DNA of 47,335 bases from NCBI GenBank assembly GCA_000934665.2, contig KZ538803.1:1-47335 (forward strand), written 5' to 3'. Within the stretch, counting starts at the first letter, position 1. Every line of letters begins with the position of its first letter. Source of the stretch: Catajapyx aquilonaris (Eukaryota). Both the position numbers and the translations under genes were made by a program. Shown here in pieces: positions 23,780 through 35,149 of the stretch. The notes beneath the pieces were generated by a model. It was given only the letters and a program-made list of their open reading frames with translations. It made no database searches and was not told the origin of the DNA.

Positions 23780-24292
23780 TCTTCCTGAATTAATATGACG
23801 ATACATTAATCCAGAAATTTCCCCATTCGATTTTCAACGAAAGATATTTATATCTGCAGTCTCTCTATTCTGTATTCCCATCACTATTCCCTTCCCAAAG
23901 GGTGCAGGATAGGGCGGCAGATGCCAACTTCATTTCTGCAGTGGGACATTTCGATGGTTACAGATAACGTGGGCTACGTGCCGTTGGAATATTTAGTTTC
24001 TCAGGTAATTCCACCTGAGATGAAACTCTAAATATCCCCTCCTCTGCCTGAATGCCAAGAAATGCCTCAATTATAGGATTTGATCCAGAACCTTTCCACT
24101 CACGTTCATGTACTTCACCTTCTAAAGTAGAAGCAGTAGAAGTAGTAGTAGTAGTGCACAGTATTGGCCAGCAAAATAAAAATTTGGAAGGCAATTTACA
24201 TCCTTCATGAGTAATAAATATGAGATGGCCCATGGCAGACAAAAATAAATAACAAATTCAGATTTCAGATGCCTAATGCTTGGTGGGCAAAA

Positions 24293-24425
24293 GGACTGTG
24301 AAATTGAGTGGAATTTTCGTCCCACTGATAGTTACTGCTAACTTAGCAGTACCAGTGTTAGCAATGGTACTGATAAGTTAGCAGTGACTAGCAGTGAGTC
24401 GAAAATTCCACCCATTATCCCAGTC
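24293..24425. repeat. Fold-back palindrome (small MITE)
   Basis: GTGGAATTTTCG...CTGCTAACTTAGCAGTACC / GGTACTGATAAGTTAGCAG...CGAAAATTCCAC. Confidence 0.8.
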
Positions 24426-24825
24426 ACATACGATATACCTCTGTATGACTGCAAATGTCACTATGGGTCATTCAAAGGTTCATAACAGGCCATGTCTTAG
24501 TTCCACCAGTAAGAAATAGTTACTTTGTACTGCATGTTTAAAAAAGTTTCTGCCAAACTTATCCTGGTACTACACAACAACCAGCACTTGCAAGGGTGAC
24601 GTTTACATGGGGGAGGAAGCAAAAAACACTTAGTGACTGCTGAGTTGTAAAGCAGCAGGATAGGGTTGGCTGAAATTATTTTTGGCAAGGAATACACAGG
24701 ATTCAGTTGTTCCCTTTCCTCATACAAAACAGTCACATAATTTTTGCATGTAAGATATATTTTCTTGTATTAATATGACATACTGTATATTATGCAAAAA
24801 CCAAGTGAACTTGAAGAAACATGTA

Positions 24826-25024
24826 AGGTGAAGTGGGGTAAGTGCATACACGGGGTAAGTGCATACACGGGCCGCCATATTGGAATGAAAATGGCTGACG
24901 ACACCAAAACACGTCCGGGGATGTTATGTGCAGCTACACAAAGAGTGCCTGACGCGTTTTGGTGTCGTCAGCCATTTTCATTCCAATATGGCGACTCATG
25001 TATGCACTTACCCCACTTCACCTG
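24826..25024. mobile_element. Tc1/mariner-type fold-back MITE
   Basis: AGGTGAAGTGGGGTAAGTGCATACA / TGTATGCACTTACCCCACTTCACCTG-TA; interior arms GCCATATTGGAATGAAAATGGCTGACGACACCAAA are paired. Confidence 0.85.
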
Positions 25025-25628
25025 TATTTGGACTGATAGGGGACATCAGTTCTGCATGTGTTGCTTTGATTTTCAACAACATTTGCGTGAACAACACTAA
25101 TTTTGTACTCACCACGACTGTTTTCATCCTTGGGCTTCGTTCGCAAAGCCTCAGTGAAGTTGCGAAGTGAAGAAAACTGTCCGTCATCGCCTTGAAGAAT
25201 CTGCTTCTGCAAAACAAATAATGCAAAATTTGATTGTTATTACTTATTAATAAAATTATTAGGCCTGAAATGTTGTGAAGTGCATGGGGTGGATGCGTGA
25301 GGATGTACTTTGATTTTTTTTATATCTTGAGGGCCTGCTGGACATTTACTACCCCAGAATCATTCACTGTGTTTCACTTGAGAGGTTCTGTAAATTTGTG
25401 TTGGGGGAATGGGTCATAGCACAATGAACAGCATACACTTCCAATCAACTGTGGTACATGGAACCACATTTGGAAATCTGCAGTTCATGACTAGAGGAGG
25501 GAGACAGGGTTGACAGCCAAGGACCGTGGGCAGGCAAAAAAAGTTTGACATGATTCTAGAAATTTGGAAGTAGCTAAGAGTTAACTCTTCCCACCCACCT
25601 TCTAAATTTAGAAATCTAAAAGGAACTG

Positions 25629-25960
25629 CACTGTATTCCTGATTATCAGTGCTAATGCATGCAAGGGTGTGCCCAGATAATAATCACACAACACAGACAA
25701 TCCGAAAATGGTCCTAGATAATGTAAAAATGAGCTATTCAGAGGTTTTTAATGATCTACTTGTACATAGTATATGCTGCTTTAAATTAAATTGTATCAAA
25801 TTAATAAAACTTACAATAGATTTTTAGTTTCACTTCTAGAAAAAGTCTGGTATAGTTTTTTGTTTGCAAGGCATGTTGACATTCTTTCATACGTTTATTT
25901 CTAACATTTTTTGGGGGTGATGCACAGATGATCCACACCTGGATAATCAGGAATACAGTG
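25629..25960. mobile_element. Tc1-like MITE
   Basis: TIR CACTGTATTCCTGATTATC / GATAATCAGGAATACAGTG-TA. Confidence 0.75.
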
Positions 25961-26490
25961 TACCAGGACAAGTTAGGTTAAAATAAGGACAATATGAGCC
26001 TTTAATAAAGGAATGTGCTTATAAAAAAATTAACATCCACGGATAATGGGGCACTTCAGAATATAACTTTCTCCTGGACGATTATTGGTTATGTCAATGT
26101 GTTGGGACAGCCTTTCCAACATTATGCAAACATATCAGTAGTTGACCGGCTCATTGGAGGTGGATATTATTTTCATCTCATTGGTATGTGTGACAAGCAT
26201 TCCTGTGCATGCAGCAATGCTATGGTGAGTGTTGTTGCAAATACAGGTGAGGTTCTGGGGGCCCTAATGTTGAAGATACTAACAGGTCCTCCACCTCCCT
26301 TGCAACTGGTGACTTTGTGATGCTGTGACGAAGTTGTCCATTTTTGACCTATCTAGATACCAGTCTCATGGTATTCTACCTATACAGGGTGGCGCCGATA
26401 AATTAGGACAAATGAACAAGTAGATAGAACATAGAAACGTTGTTAAAAAGAGGAATCGATGATTACAATGAAATTAATTAAGTCAAACAT

Positions 26491-26643
26491 AAGTAATGTA
26501 TGGAAATGAGAGAACCATCTGACGTCATCAAGGTTTCCCTGTAAATACCCTCACAGAACAATATGTGTAAACAGTGTCAACAAAAAGCAACAATGTAAGA
26601 AATTATGACGTCAGATCGTTCTCTCGTTTTCCGTACATTACTG
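26491..26643. mobile_element. Small TA-type MITE nested in the mariner relic
   Basis: AGTAATGTATGGAAATGAGAGAACCATCTGACGTCAT / ATGACGTCAGATCGTTCTCTCGTTTTCCGTACATTACTG-TA. Confidence 0.7.
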
Positions 26644-27320
26644 TACATTTTTCAATGTGTCCACCATTGGTGACCACAACAGCCTCTAGGAGAGACCTGA
26701 AGAGTTCACAGGCCTTGGCGAGGATATCCTTTTCCATGTGCCCCATCACCACACATGTAGTAATCAAGGGGGTTGCAGTTTTGGAAGCTGCGGGGCCATA
26801 AGTCCGACCCCCAGTGGTACCTTAGGTTTCTCATTCGTGGCGTCCATCAGGAGACGGACAGTCCTTAAGAATAGTACTTTATCCCAAGTCTTCTTTCACC
26901 GTCCTGGAGATGATCTTGTGGTGCACATCATTCTCTTTCACCGGAACGCATATGGACTTGCCAGGGACCTCTCCTTCTTCTCCTCCTTCTTGACAGCTGT
27001 GATGACAAACTCCTTGTCTCTCTTGGTGTTGCAGCAATGCCCATGCATTTTGCGTAAGGAAAGAACTCCTCCTGGTTCTCAGCAGCATCATTGTTCTTTT
27101 TATTCAGTAAATCAGGCTCTTTTGGAAGCTCGAGGAACTCCACTATATCCTTGGGGGTCCTCTCGGCGCAGACAGCCACGATAGTAGGGGATATCTTGTC
27201 CGATTGGCTGGTCATGGTGGGGTTCACAATGTTGACCATGGCTGTTTTGTTAACCCAAGATACACACCTTGTTGCTATATCAATTACAGTAATCTACATA
27301 TTGTCGTCTTTGTACTGTTA

Positions 27321-27408
27321 GGGCTGAATCTTCGACGTATCGCGCAAACCTGCAGGAGGGTCTGTAACATCCGCGCAAGGTTTGCGCGATACGTCGAAGA
27401 TTCAGCCC
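27321..27408. mobile_element. 88-bp PIF/Harbinger MITE nested in the mariner relic
   Basis: TTA TSD; perfect 30-bp TIR GGGCTGAATCTTCGACGTATCGCGCAAACC. Confidence 0.92.
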
Positions 27409-27708
27409 TTAGACTGCAAAATGTGTCCTAATTTACCGGCGCCAACCTGTGCAGGGTGAGGAAGTTTATCGTACCTTCGCTTTCGGAAATGATAGAGGTG
27501 TTCTAGGCGATCATTTTAAGTATAGGAATCATGGGTTTCTGCAGCATAGTTACAGAGATAATGGACATCAAATACAAGGTATCAAATATCCTGGCAGGCA
27601 TGTATCCCTCCACACGACTTTACCTTTTACATTTAAATTTTAAGGTGTTACCATGTGGTTTAATTTTAATTTACAATCCCATTAGGTGTAGCAGGAAATG
27701 GCCTAGGC

Positions 27709-28680
27709 CAGGGCTATTCAACTGGCGGAGTGTGGTTCGGATCTGAACCCCGGCGCAATTTTGTCCGGACCGCGAAGATATAGGGCCTACAACTAGTCAT
27801 ATCACAAATGGGAAAGTTTTCAACTTGTCCTGCCCTTGACCCTTTCTGTACATGTGTTCACTTCCAAGAAATGACCCCTGACCCCCCCCCGTCTGTAGGA
27901 AAGGGGTACATACGCTACCAGATGGGATCAATTTACTGGCCCTCTACTGGGAAAGGACGGAAACTATCAGCCGCATTTCCATTTATCTCATTGGGGCACC
28001 CGTGAACAATAGGAAGAAAGTGGACGCAGAGAGGATCAAAAATAATAATTACCGAAGGAATTACAAGACCATTTGGAAGCCTGCTTGCAAATTGTCACAA
28101 CTTTGCACACACCAGATTTAGCGAAGTTGGTTGCAGACAAAAAGTGCAACTTTTCTCAGCGAAGTGTTCTGTGAAGTGGAGGAGTTTCTTTTTTCTCTTC
28201 TTACTTACTTACTTACTTTCTTTCTTTTGTGTGTGTGTGTGTGTGTGTGATCAGGTCTTGACTAAGGTCTGGGGACGGAAGTCTGTGGTTTTACTGTAGC
28301 TGTGGGGACCAGTTCCAATTGTGGGGACATTTGTCGGTCCCCACAGTCTCACACACGCGAAGTGTACCATTACAGTGGGGACATGTGTAAATTAGTGGGG
28401 ACATGTCCCCACTATTTTCATTTGTAGGTTTTCACAAAAGTCCATTTTTCTCAGCCTAGGTTACTTAGGGTAGGGTAGGTTAGGTAGGNNNNNNNNNNNN
28501 NNNNNNNNNNNNNNNNNNNNNNNNNNNNNNNNNNNNNNNNNNNNNNNNNNNNNNNNNNNNNNNNNNNNNNNNNNNNNNNNNNNNNNNNNNNNNNNNNNNN
28601 NGGGGGGGGGCGGTCCGGATCTTCATTGGCCTCGGAAAGGTAAATCCTGGACCTTGTCATATACTAGTTGAATAACCCTG
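27709..28680. mobile_element. hAT (Buster/Charlie-type) non-autonomous element (contains a gap)
   Basis: TIR CAGGGCTATTCAACT / AGTTGAATAACCCTG; perfect TSD GCCTAGGC (27701-27708, 28681-28688) with central TA. Confidence 0.9.
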
Positions 28681-29160
28681 GCCTAGGCAATGGAAGTGTC
28701 GTAAGCTGTATCTGCGGGCCAGATAGTGGAATACGAGGCAAAAACGACAATGTGCGTGGGTGTCGTACCCGAATTCTTACTCTGACGGGATTTGATAGCT
28801 TTTTGCACATGGATGATGTGTTAGGGGACCAAGGCAATGGACTGGAGGCCCTCGAACTAACTTTTGCTTCTTAGAAGCTGGCGGAGCAGTCATGACGTCA
28901 TGAAACTTTGCCGTCGCCGTATGCATTAACTATGCAACGAAGTCCAAAACTAATTGCACATCCCTATATTAATTTTGCGAGTACTATAAGTCTACCTGGC
29001 GATTGTCCTCGAGTTTCACCTGTTTCACCCTGTATAATTATGTACTCCTCTCAGAATTCCCACAAGCCTTCAAATCTTTTGCTTAAAAAAACATTAATAA
29101 CTACTAAAAGTGTTTGAAAGTAATTGCTTGATATTAAATAGCGTAATGGCAAAAAAATGT

Positions 29161-29484
29161 GGGGAGGTGGAATGGCACTGCGGTAATGTTCACGGCCACG
29201 GATGTAAGGGTCCCGGGTTCAATCCCAAGCCCGGACTTTCCCCCCTTCATCTCGTGCAGGGTTGGGTCGTCTCTGGCTTCGTCTTGGTTGGGACTCCTGA
29301 GACAAACCACCCGGGGGAGTTCACAAAATGTACCACGTAATCGACATTGCACATCTCCTCCCACTCATCCCTGCCCATGGGCTGGGCACTTCGCCAAAAG
29401 GTTCCAAGTCATGTACGAGTAATAATACAGGTTCGTGCCATACCTCAGAGGGGTCTAAGCACTATCCGGATTATTATTATTATT

Positions 29485-29529
<45 letters not shown>
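29161..29529 (+). mobile_element. tRNA-derived SINE, family A, (TTA)n/(AAT)n tail
   Basis: A box TGGCACTGCGGT, B box GGTTCAATCCC; core ACCACCCGGGGGAGTTCAC as in the 10999 copy; TSD about ATGGCAAAAAA(A)TG on both sides. Confidence 0.9.
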
Positions 29530-29857
29530 TTATGGCAAAAAATGCTTCCCAACTACAGATATTTCACTTGGAACACCATGCATGGACCCTATTAACCTGT
29601 GTAACACTTATGTAACTGGACAATGCTATTTTTTATTCACAAAAAATATTGAGGTCCAGATCAAGTTGTCACTGCACAGCCTACAAACTGTTAAGTTAAT
29701 TTAAATTAAACTGATACATGTTCTACTTTCTCCTGAGTGTCTTCTAATGAAGGGATAATTATTTGCAAACTCGCTTGCTATACCCTATCTATGCAAAGCT
29801 TTTCCTGTGCATGCATCACATCTCATTCCTTAATATGACAATGGAAGGAGTACTGAC

Positions 29858-30346
29858 CTGCTGTGCTTGAGCATACTGCTCTAAGAGGTCCCCTGCAGGA
29901 CTCAGCAGATGTTCCCAGATGATCTTCCTCTTACGGCCAGGTGGAGCTGGGCAGCATCCAGGCGAGGATCCTCCACTGGACTGGCCCCCTGAGGTCCCAA
30001 CTGGTGGGGGGGGCAATGGTGGAGGAGGTGGCGGGCCGATGTTGAGACCAGCCGAGGTGGGCACAAACAGGTCACTGTTGTCAGAGGCATTGTCTGAACT
30101 GGACTCTGGGCTCAGCGGCACACTCCAGGCGGCCGTTTTGGCTGGCCGAGGCCCTCGCAGTAAAGACATTGCGGACTGGGGACTAAGGTTTGGGAGGGAC
30201 TCAAAGGATAGGGGAGGGGAAGGGTGGGTGGGTGAGGAGAGCAGTTGGGTCACCGCATCTGACCGGGCAGGGGGGTACGCTTGTTGCTGGATGGCAAGGT
30301 GAGCTAGCAGCTGCCAACTTGCTGGGTCATCCACCTCCAACCATGC
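29858..30346 (-). CDS. Probable upstream coding exon (Pro/Ser/Gly-rich, RKRK basic motif) of a long isoform of the TFCP2-family gene
   Basis: GC-rich, stop-free 163 codons AWLEVDDPASWQ...LSPESSSDNASDNSDLF...GRKRKIIWEHLLSPAGDLLEQYAQAQQ; acceptor tgttgtcaacAG and donor CAG|GTCAGT; phase 0/0; same strand as the TFCP2 exons. Linkage to them is not proven. Confidence 0.7.
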
Positions 30347-30685
30347 CTGTTGACAACAATCAGTAAATACTGTTAGCACACTTGCCAGTATGTATTTTTT
30401 TCCACGCAGGTACCATACCTCTCACTAGTTACTAATATGATCATGAATTTAATTGTCAATTTCTAAAACACTGCTAGCATTTTCATTCATTAAAATTATT
30501 TAACAACGGCTTCCAATAATATAAATTACCGGTACTGAAAAACCCACATTAGAACATTGGCAAATTGAATGCCATGTATACTTTTCTCCATGTAGGATAC
30601 AGTAAGCCCCTCTTAAGACCGTCATGGGTGGAAGTGCATCATATTTTAATGACCTGCATAAGCTCTTTGCACATGCTGACTCTAT

Positions 30686-31280
30686 GGGCCGAATTCAGAG
30701 AGGTTGCTTAACGTAAACGCGCCCGATTAAATCCTTTAGTCAGCCTCGATTAGCAAATTTAATCAACCTGCTAATACAAAGACGGCGATTAGCGCTAAAC
30801 GCCCCCTAGTCGCACTTGCTAGCACTTTTAAATTTGCTAATCGAGGTTAACTAATATAATAATATATATAATAATATAATAATAATCCGGGGTAGTGCTG
30901 ACCTCATCAGAGGTATGTAGCACGGACCTTTATTTATTTTTGTCGTGTACATTGGAGCCTTTATACGTAACGCCCGGGCCCACGGGCAGGATGACAGGAG
31001 GGGATGTGCAAGGTGCAGTGCAATGTCTTTATGTGGCCATTTTTAGTGAACTCCCCCGGGTGGTTTAGTCTGTAGGAAATACCACCCGAGACGAAGCCAG
31101 AGGTGACCCAATGAACTCTGCACGAGATGAAGGGGGTGTCCCCGGGTTGGGATCGAACCCGGGACCTTAACATCCGTGGGCGTGTACGTTACCGCAGCAC
31201 CACTTCGCCTCCCCTATCGAGGTTAACTAAAGGATTTAATCGGGTGCGTTTACGTTAAGCAACTTCTCTGAATTCGGCCC
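30686..31280. mobile_element. PIF/Harbinger fold-back MITE interrupted by a SINE
   Basis: TAT TSD; TIR GGGCCGAATTCAGAGAGGTTGCTTAACGTAAACGC / GCGTTTACGTTAAGCAACTTCTCTGAATTCGGCCC. Confidence 0.9.
30855..31214 (-). mobile_element. tRNA-derived SINE, family A, (ATT)n tail
   Basis: Minus-strand A box TGGTGCTGCGGT, B box GGTTCGATCCC; 15-bp TSD ATCGAGGTTAACTAA (30840-30854, 31216-31230). Confidence 0.92.
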
Positions 31281-32100
31281 TATGAAAGTAAAGCAGACAA
31301 TCTCAGCAGTAAAAAGGAGAAAAATAATGGCGCAAGTTATGCCTTTTCTTAGCAAGCAAAACCACAAAATATTTTAAATTCAGCTACCTCCAAGCGGGCC
31401 AGGCAGAATGGGGGGGGCAGAGGGGGCCAGGCAGGTGGCAGCCCTTAGCACCTTAGCACTCGTATTGTCTTCCTCTGACACCAAAAGTGTTATGTAATGG
31501 CATTATGGCAATTATCATTTTATCAGTAATAATTGTATAGGTACTTGGAAGTTGGAATGTCTAGGTACTGTTAGCCAATTCTTGTTGAATTGATCTCTGC
31601 TCACACAACTACTTCCCTTTCTCAAGTGAACTTAAGAAACTTACTCTTGCATGTAAAAATGAACTACTAAAGTTTGCTTGGGCAAGATAAGCTTGGCTGT
31701 GTGACAGGGCTTTACATACCATTTGTGTCAGAATTGAGCTCACATCCATATCAGATAAAATCTCATGGACACGCACCTCAGTGCCTTCTTAAAGGCGTGT
31801 ACTGTTGAAAGCCCATTTTACAAGCTTCCCAACAATGTATATGTTTCTGCATGAGGCAACAGGAGTGAGTGAAATGTGAGTTATAGCTCTTGCATCTGCA
31901 TCTACCCCACTCAGTCACCTATCCCACTTATTGACTGAGGCCATACAAAAAAGGTTCCTGTATCTCATGAGATCAGTCAAGGTCCATGAAATACCTACAA
32001 GGATTACAGTAGTTGAGCACTACTCATTATTACCCAGCATTGTAGGTATGTAGGCATGTGGGTAAAATCAGACTTGACAAGATTTCAGAATATTGACACC

Positions 32101-32307
32101 CAGCGCCGGATTTACCTTGCCGGCCGACCTTAGGCAGTTGAGATCCCCCCCCCCCCCCCCNCCATATGTCACTTAAAAACTCCACTTTTCTCCTGTGTTC
32201 TCACCTTTGTTTTATTTTATTTTATTTCATCTAAATATATATATAATTACAGAATGCGGCCACCTCTAAGTAATTGCCTACTCTGCCTATTGGGAAATCC
32301 ATCGCTG
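32101..32307. mobile_element. hAT-type MITE
   Basis: TIR CAGCGCCGGATTT / AAATCCATCGCTG; perfect TSD TTGACACC (32093-32100, 32308-32315). Confidence 0.85.
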
Positions 32308-35149
32308 TTGACACCATCCCTCCACCATTTTCATATTCAGTTTATAATCACGTGTGATTACAGGTTGCCATAAAAGAGCATTAGGGCCTGAGGGCACAGT
32401 CTCGGTACAAACCTACTTGTGATTGCGAATGGTTATAGCCGGGGGGGGGGTGTTCTCACAATAGCTTCAAGAACTCAAGAAAGTGAAGAAACCCTCAAAT
32501 ATGCCTGAACTTCAAGTTAATAGGTAACATACATAACTATAAAAATATTAGCGCCTTATACATATCACAAAAATCAGACATGGAGTGTGGATGAGTAATT
32601 CTCTGGTTTAATGTCCATGATCAAACATGCAGACATCGACTAGTCTCAAACAGGTTAAATTCTTAGCACAGATATAATTAACCCACCCCTGCATTGCAAC
32701 ACTGACATACTTTGAAAATTCTTGTACTGTACCATTGCAGACCCTTGTTTTCAATAGTTACAGGCCTAACACAATCTGTGTGGTGACCAGGTGAGAACTT
32801 CTACGACCTTGCCTGTGTAATGTAAAAAGAATTCAAGAATGGAATCTCAATGCAGATTTTTAATACATGGTTACTCTAATTTTTTTCTATCTTGAGCAGA
32901 AGGTTGGGAGGATAAGGAAAAGGTAAAGGGGGGGGGGGGGGCTAGGGAAGGGGCATAATGATTTGGCCTTCAAAGCACTGGTGAATGCACTGGTGGGCTG
33001 CACCTGAAAACTATTCACCGGCCATGTATAAGGTTAAGTAGATCAACTCCTGTATAATGAAGTGCCAACATTCCATTGCAAAACAGTATTCTTTCCCTTA
33101 GTCACTTGGTTCAGATATCGCAAGAGGCTCAAAATTGTGCACTACCTGTCCAGAGCTGTGCTCTATATCCAGGGTGTCAGTCAGCTAACATATTGTATCA
33201 GTGAAAATCCTACGTAAGACTGTGTACAAAGTTGGTTGCATGTGTTTGTCTCTGATCAACTGAAGGCCCAAAGTTTGAAGTTGTAACATCCAACTCAATG
33301 TGGCAATGGCTTATGACCAGATGGGGGTAATATAGGGTCAGGGGGCTGCCTGGGCTAAAAGTCAGATGTGTCATTTCATTTTTACCATTTCATACCATTT
33401 ACCACAGAGGAGGAGGATGGCAGGAATGACTGTTCTTGTACATCTGGTTTACTATTGTAATTCAAAATATCGAGATCAAAAACGTCGAAATGCGTGCAGG
33501 TTAAAGGATTCTACATACATTTGTCCTTGCCCGTCAGTACACCATGAGATTCTTAAGTACTACGTGCACAGCTGCAAGCACACAATCACACCAAAGAATC
33601 ATCTACAACAAGTGAAGTTATTTACAATACGAGGAAGTTGTAATGGTCTGTACATATACACAGTCACTTCTTTTGCTCAAGCGAACTTTACAAGCTCGTA
33701 AAATAAGAGCTTCTGATATTCGCTTAGGCAACAGTGGCTGTGTACTACATCGCTCGAAAAGAATCAGACGCCCTAAAAATCCATCTCCGGGTACGCAGCC
33801 TTGCCTATCCTACAGGATGAAGGCGCCGGGAAGCGCGGAATTTACGCCAACGTCCCACAAAAAAAAAGTCACATAGTCTTACAATAAGGTCGTCTGGGCC
33901 AGACAAAGCCAAGCAAAACACAACCTTACCACAATGTGCTGATGTGCCTTTTTTCCGGTACGACCACAATATAAAGTTCTCTAGTATTAGTCAGATGAAT
34001 CTTCAGTCACATAAAAATCACATGTGACACAGCATTTACTGCCCAGACGCCCAATTTATTACCCAAAGCATGTGACTCACACCAACTCAGTATCAAGCAA
34101 CGCGCTGGTGGGAAAGTCCTCTAAGCAGCTCTTACGTAAAATACCATTGTGCACCATGTGAGGGTGGGGGGTGGGTGGAAGACGGGGTGGCAGGAGGTGA
34201 GAGACCAGGTACGATTGTCCTTGAAACGCAATGCTAGTCCCACACCTAAGCGCCTGAAAACTACAGGCCATGCTTGTCTTTCCGGAGGATCGAGTTGATA
34301 CTCTTGTCACGAAAATCTACACTTTGATCGAGCATCCAGTTGATTTGCACCAATGTTAACCATAAGGTCATCCGCAAATGGGTTGTCAAGCTCTTTGTTG
34401 TCGACTCCGCCACCTAGGCATCCAAAGCGTCGATATTGGACAATCGACGCAAGACCTTGTACTGTCATGACCTCGCAATTCTTAGGGCCGGCTATCGACG
34501 TTGCTACACCGGGGACCGAGATGGACTTGCGTGTCAGATACCAATAGTTGCGGCACATCGGGCACAAACATTCTCTAGTCATGGCGCAGGAAAACCCTAT
34601 ACCAATGATTCAATAACTCCTGGTATCGTTTTTCTACTGTTCACAATGATTCCATTGGACGTGCTCGAGATACCCCTTGATGACCGCACTGTATCACTTT
34701 TCCGAGTTCGATAAAGGCTGTAGGCCACTACTCCAGACATGCTCCACGGGGGCTTACTCTCCCGTTCAATGTCACCCCGAATTATTTGATTGAGTCATCA
34801 CTCCACGTGTTTGGTTCAAGGAACATGACTGCACGTGAGATTAACCCTGATATAGTCATGGATTAGCATCGTTTCCCCGCAGTTTCTCGCGCTTACAGAG
34901 ACATACGCGTCTAATTTTAAACAGTTCCTCCCCAACGTCCAAAGTTGAAAAGGTCACTGCGTGACAAGGTTATTGTTGATCTAATCGACAAGGCCTTCCG
35001 AAAGATGTCTCAAACGTTTTACGACTCTTCATTCGGAAGTAGACGCTGTAGAAAGCTGCCTCATATTATTCCCCCCCTTCAAATACATGGAACTAGCGAT
35101 TAAATATTTTTTTCTCATCTTATAATCTCGACTACTCCCAAACCTCTCT

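Larger units (their letters stand above)
26385..27449 (-). mobile_element. Internally deleted Tc1/mariner (maT/DD37D-like) transposon with transposase pseudogene
   Basis: TIR CAGGGTGGCGCCGATAAATTAGGACA / TGTCCTAATTTACCGGCGCCAACCTG. Minus-strand remnants: HTH region (RTPKDIVEFLELPK; ISRTVKEDLG) and C-terminal LWPRSFQNCNPLDYYM (WPPSSPDLNPLDY motif) and ACELFRSLLEAVVVTNGGHIEK; frameshifted, DDD core missing. Confidence 0.88.

Noticed and set aside
26220..26348. Possible linking exon VKNGQLRHSITKSPVAREVEDL
   Set aside because: Poor polypyrimidine tract, no phase-1 donor and an in-frame stop soon after.
29919..30302. Gly-rich plus-strand ORF
   Set aside because: Antisense shadow of the Pro-rich minus-strand exon; the splice signals support the minus strand.
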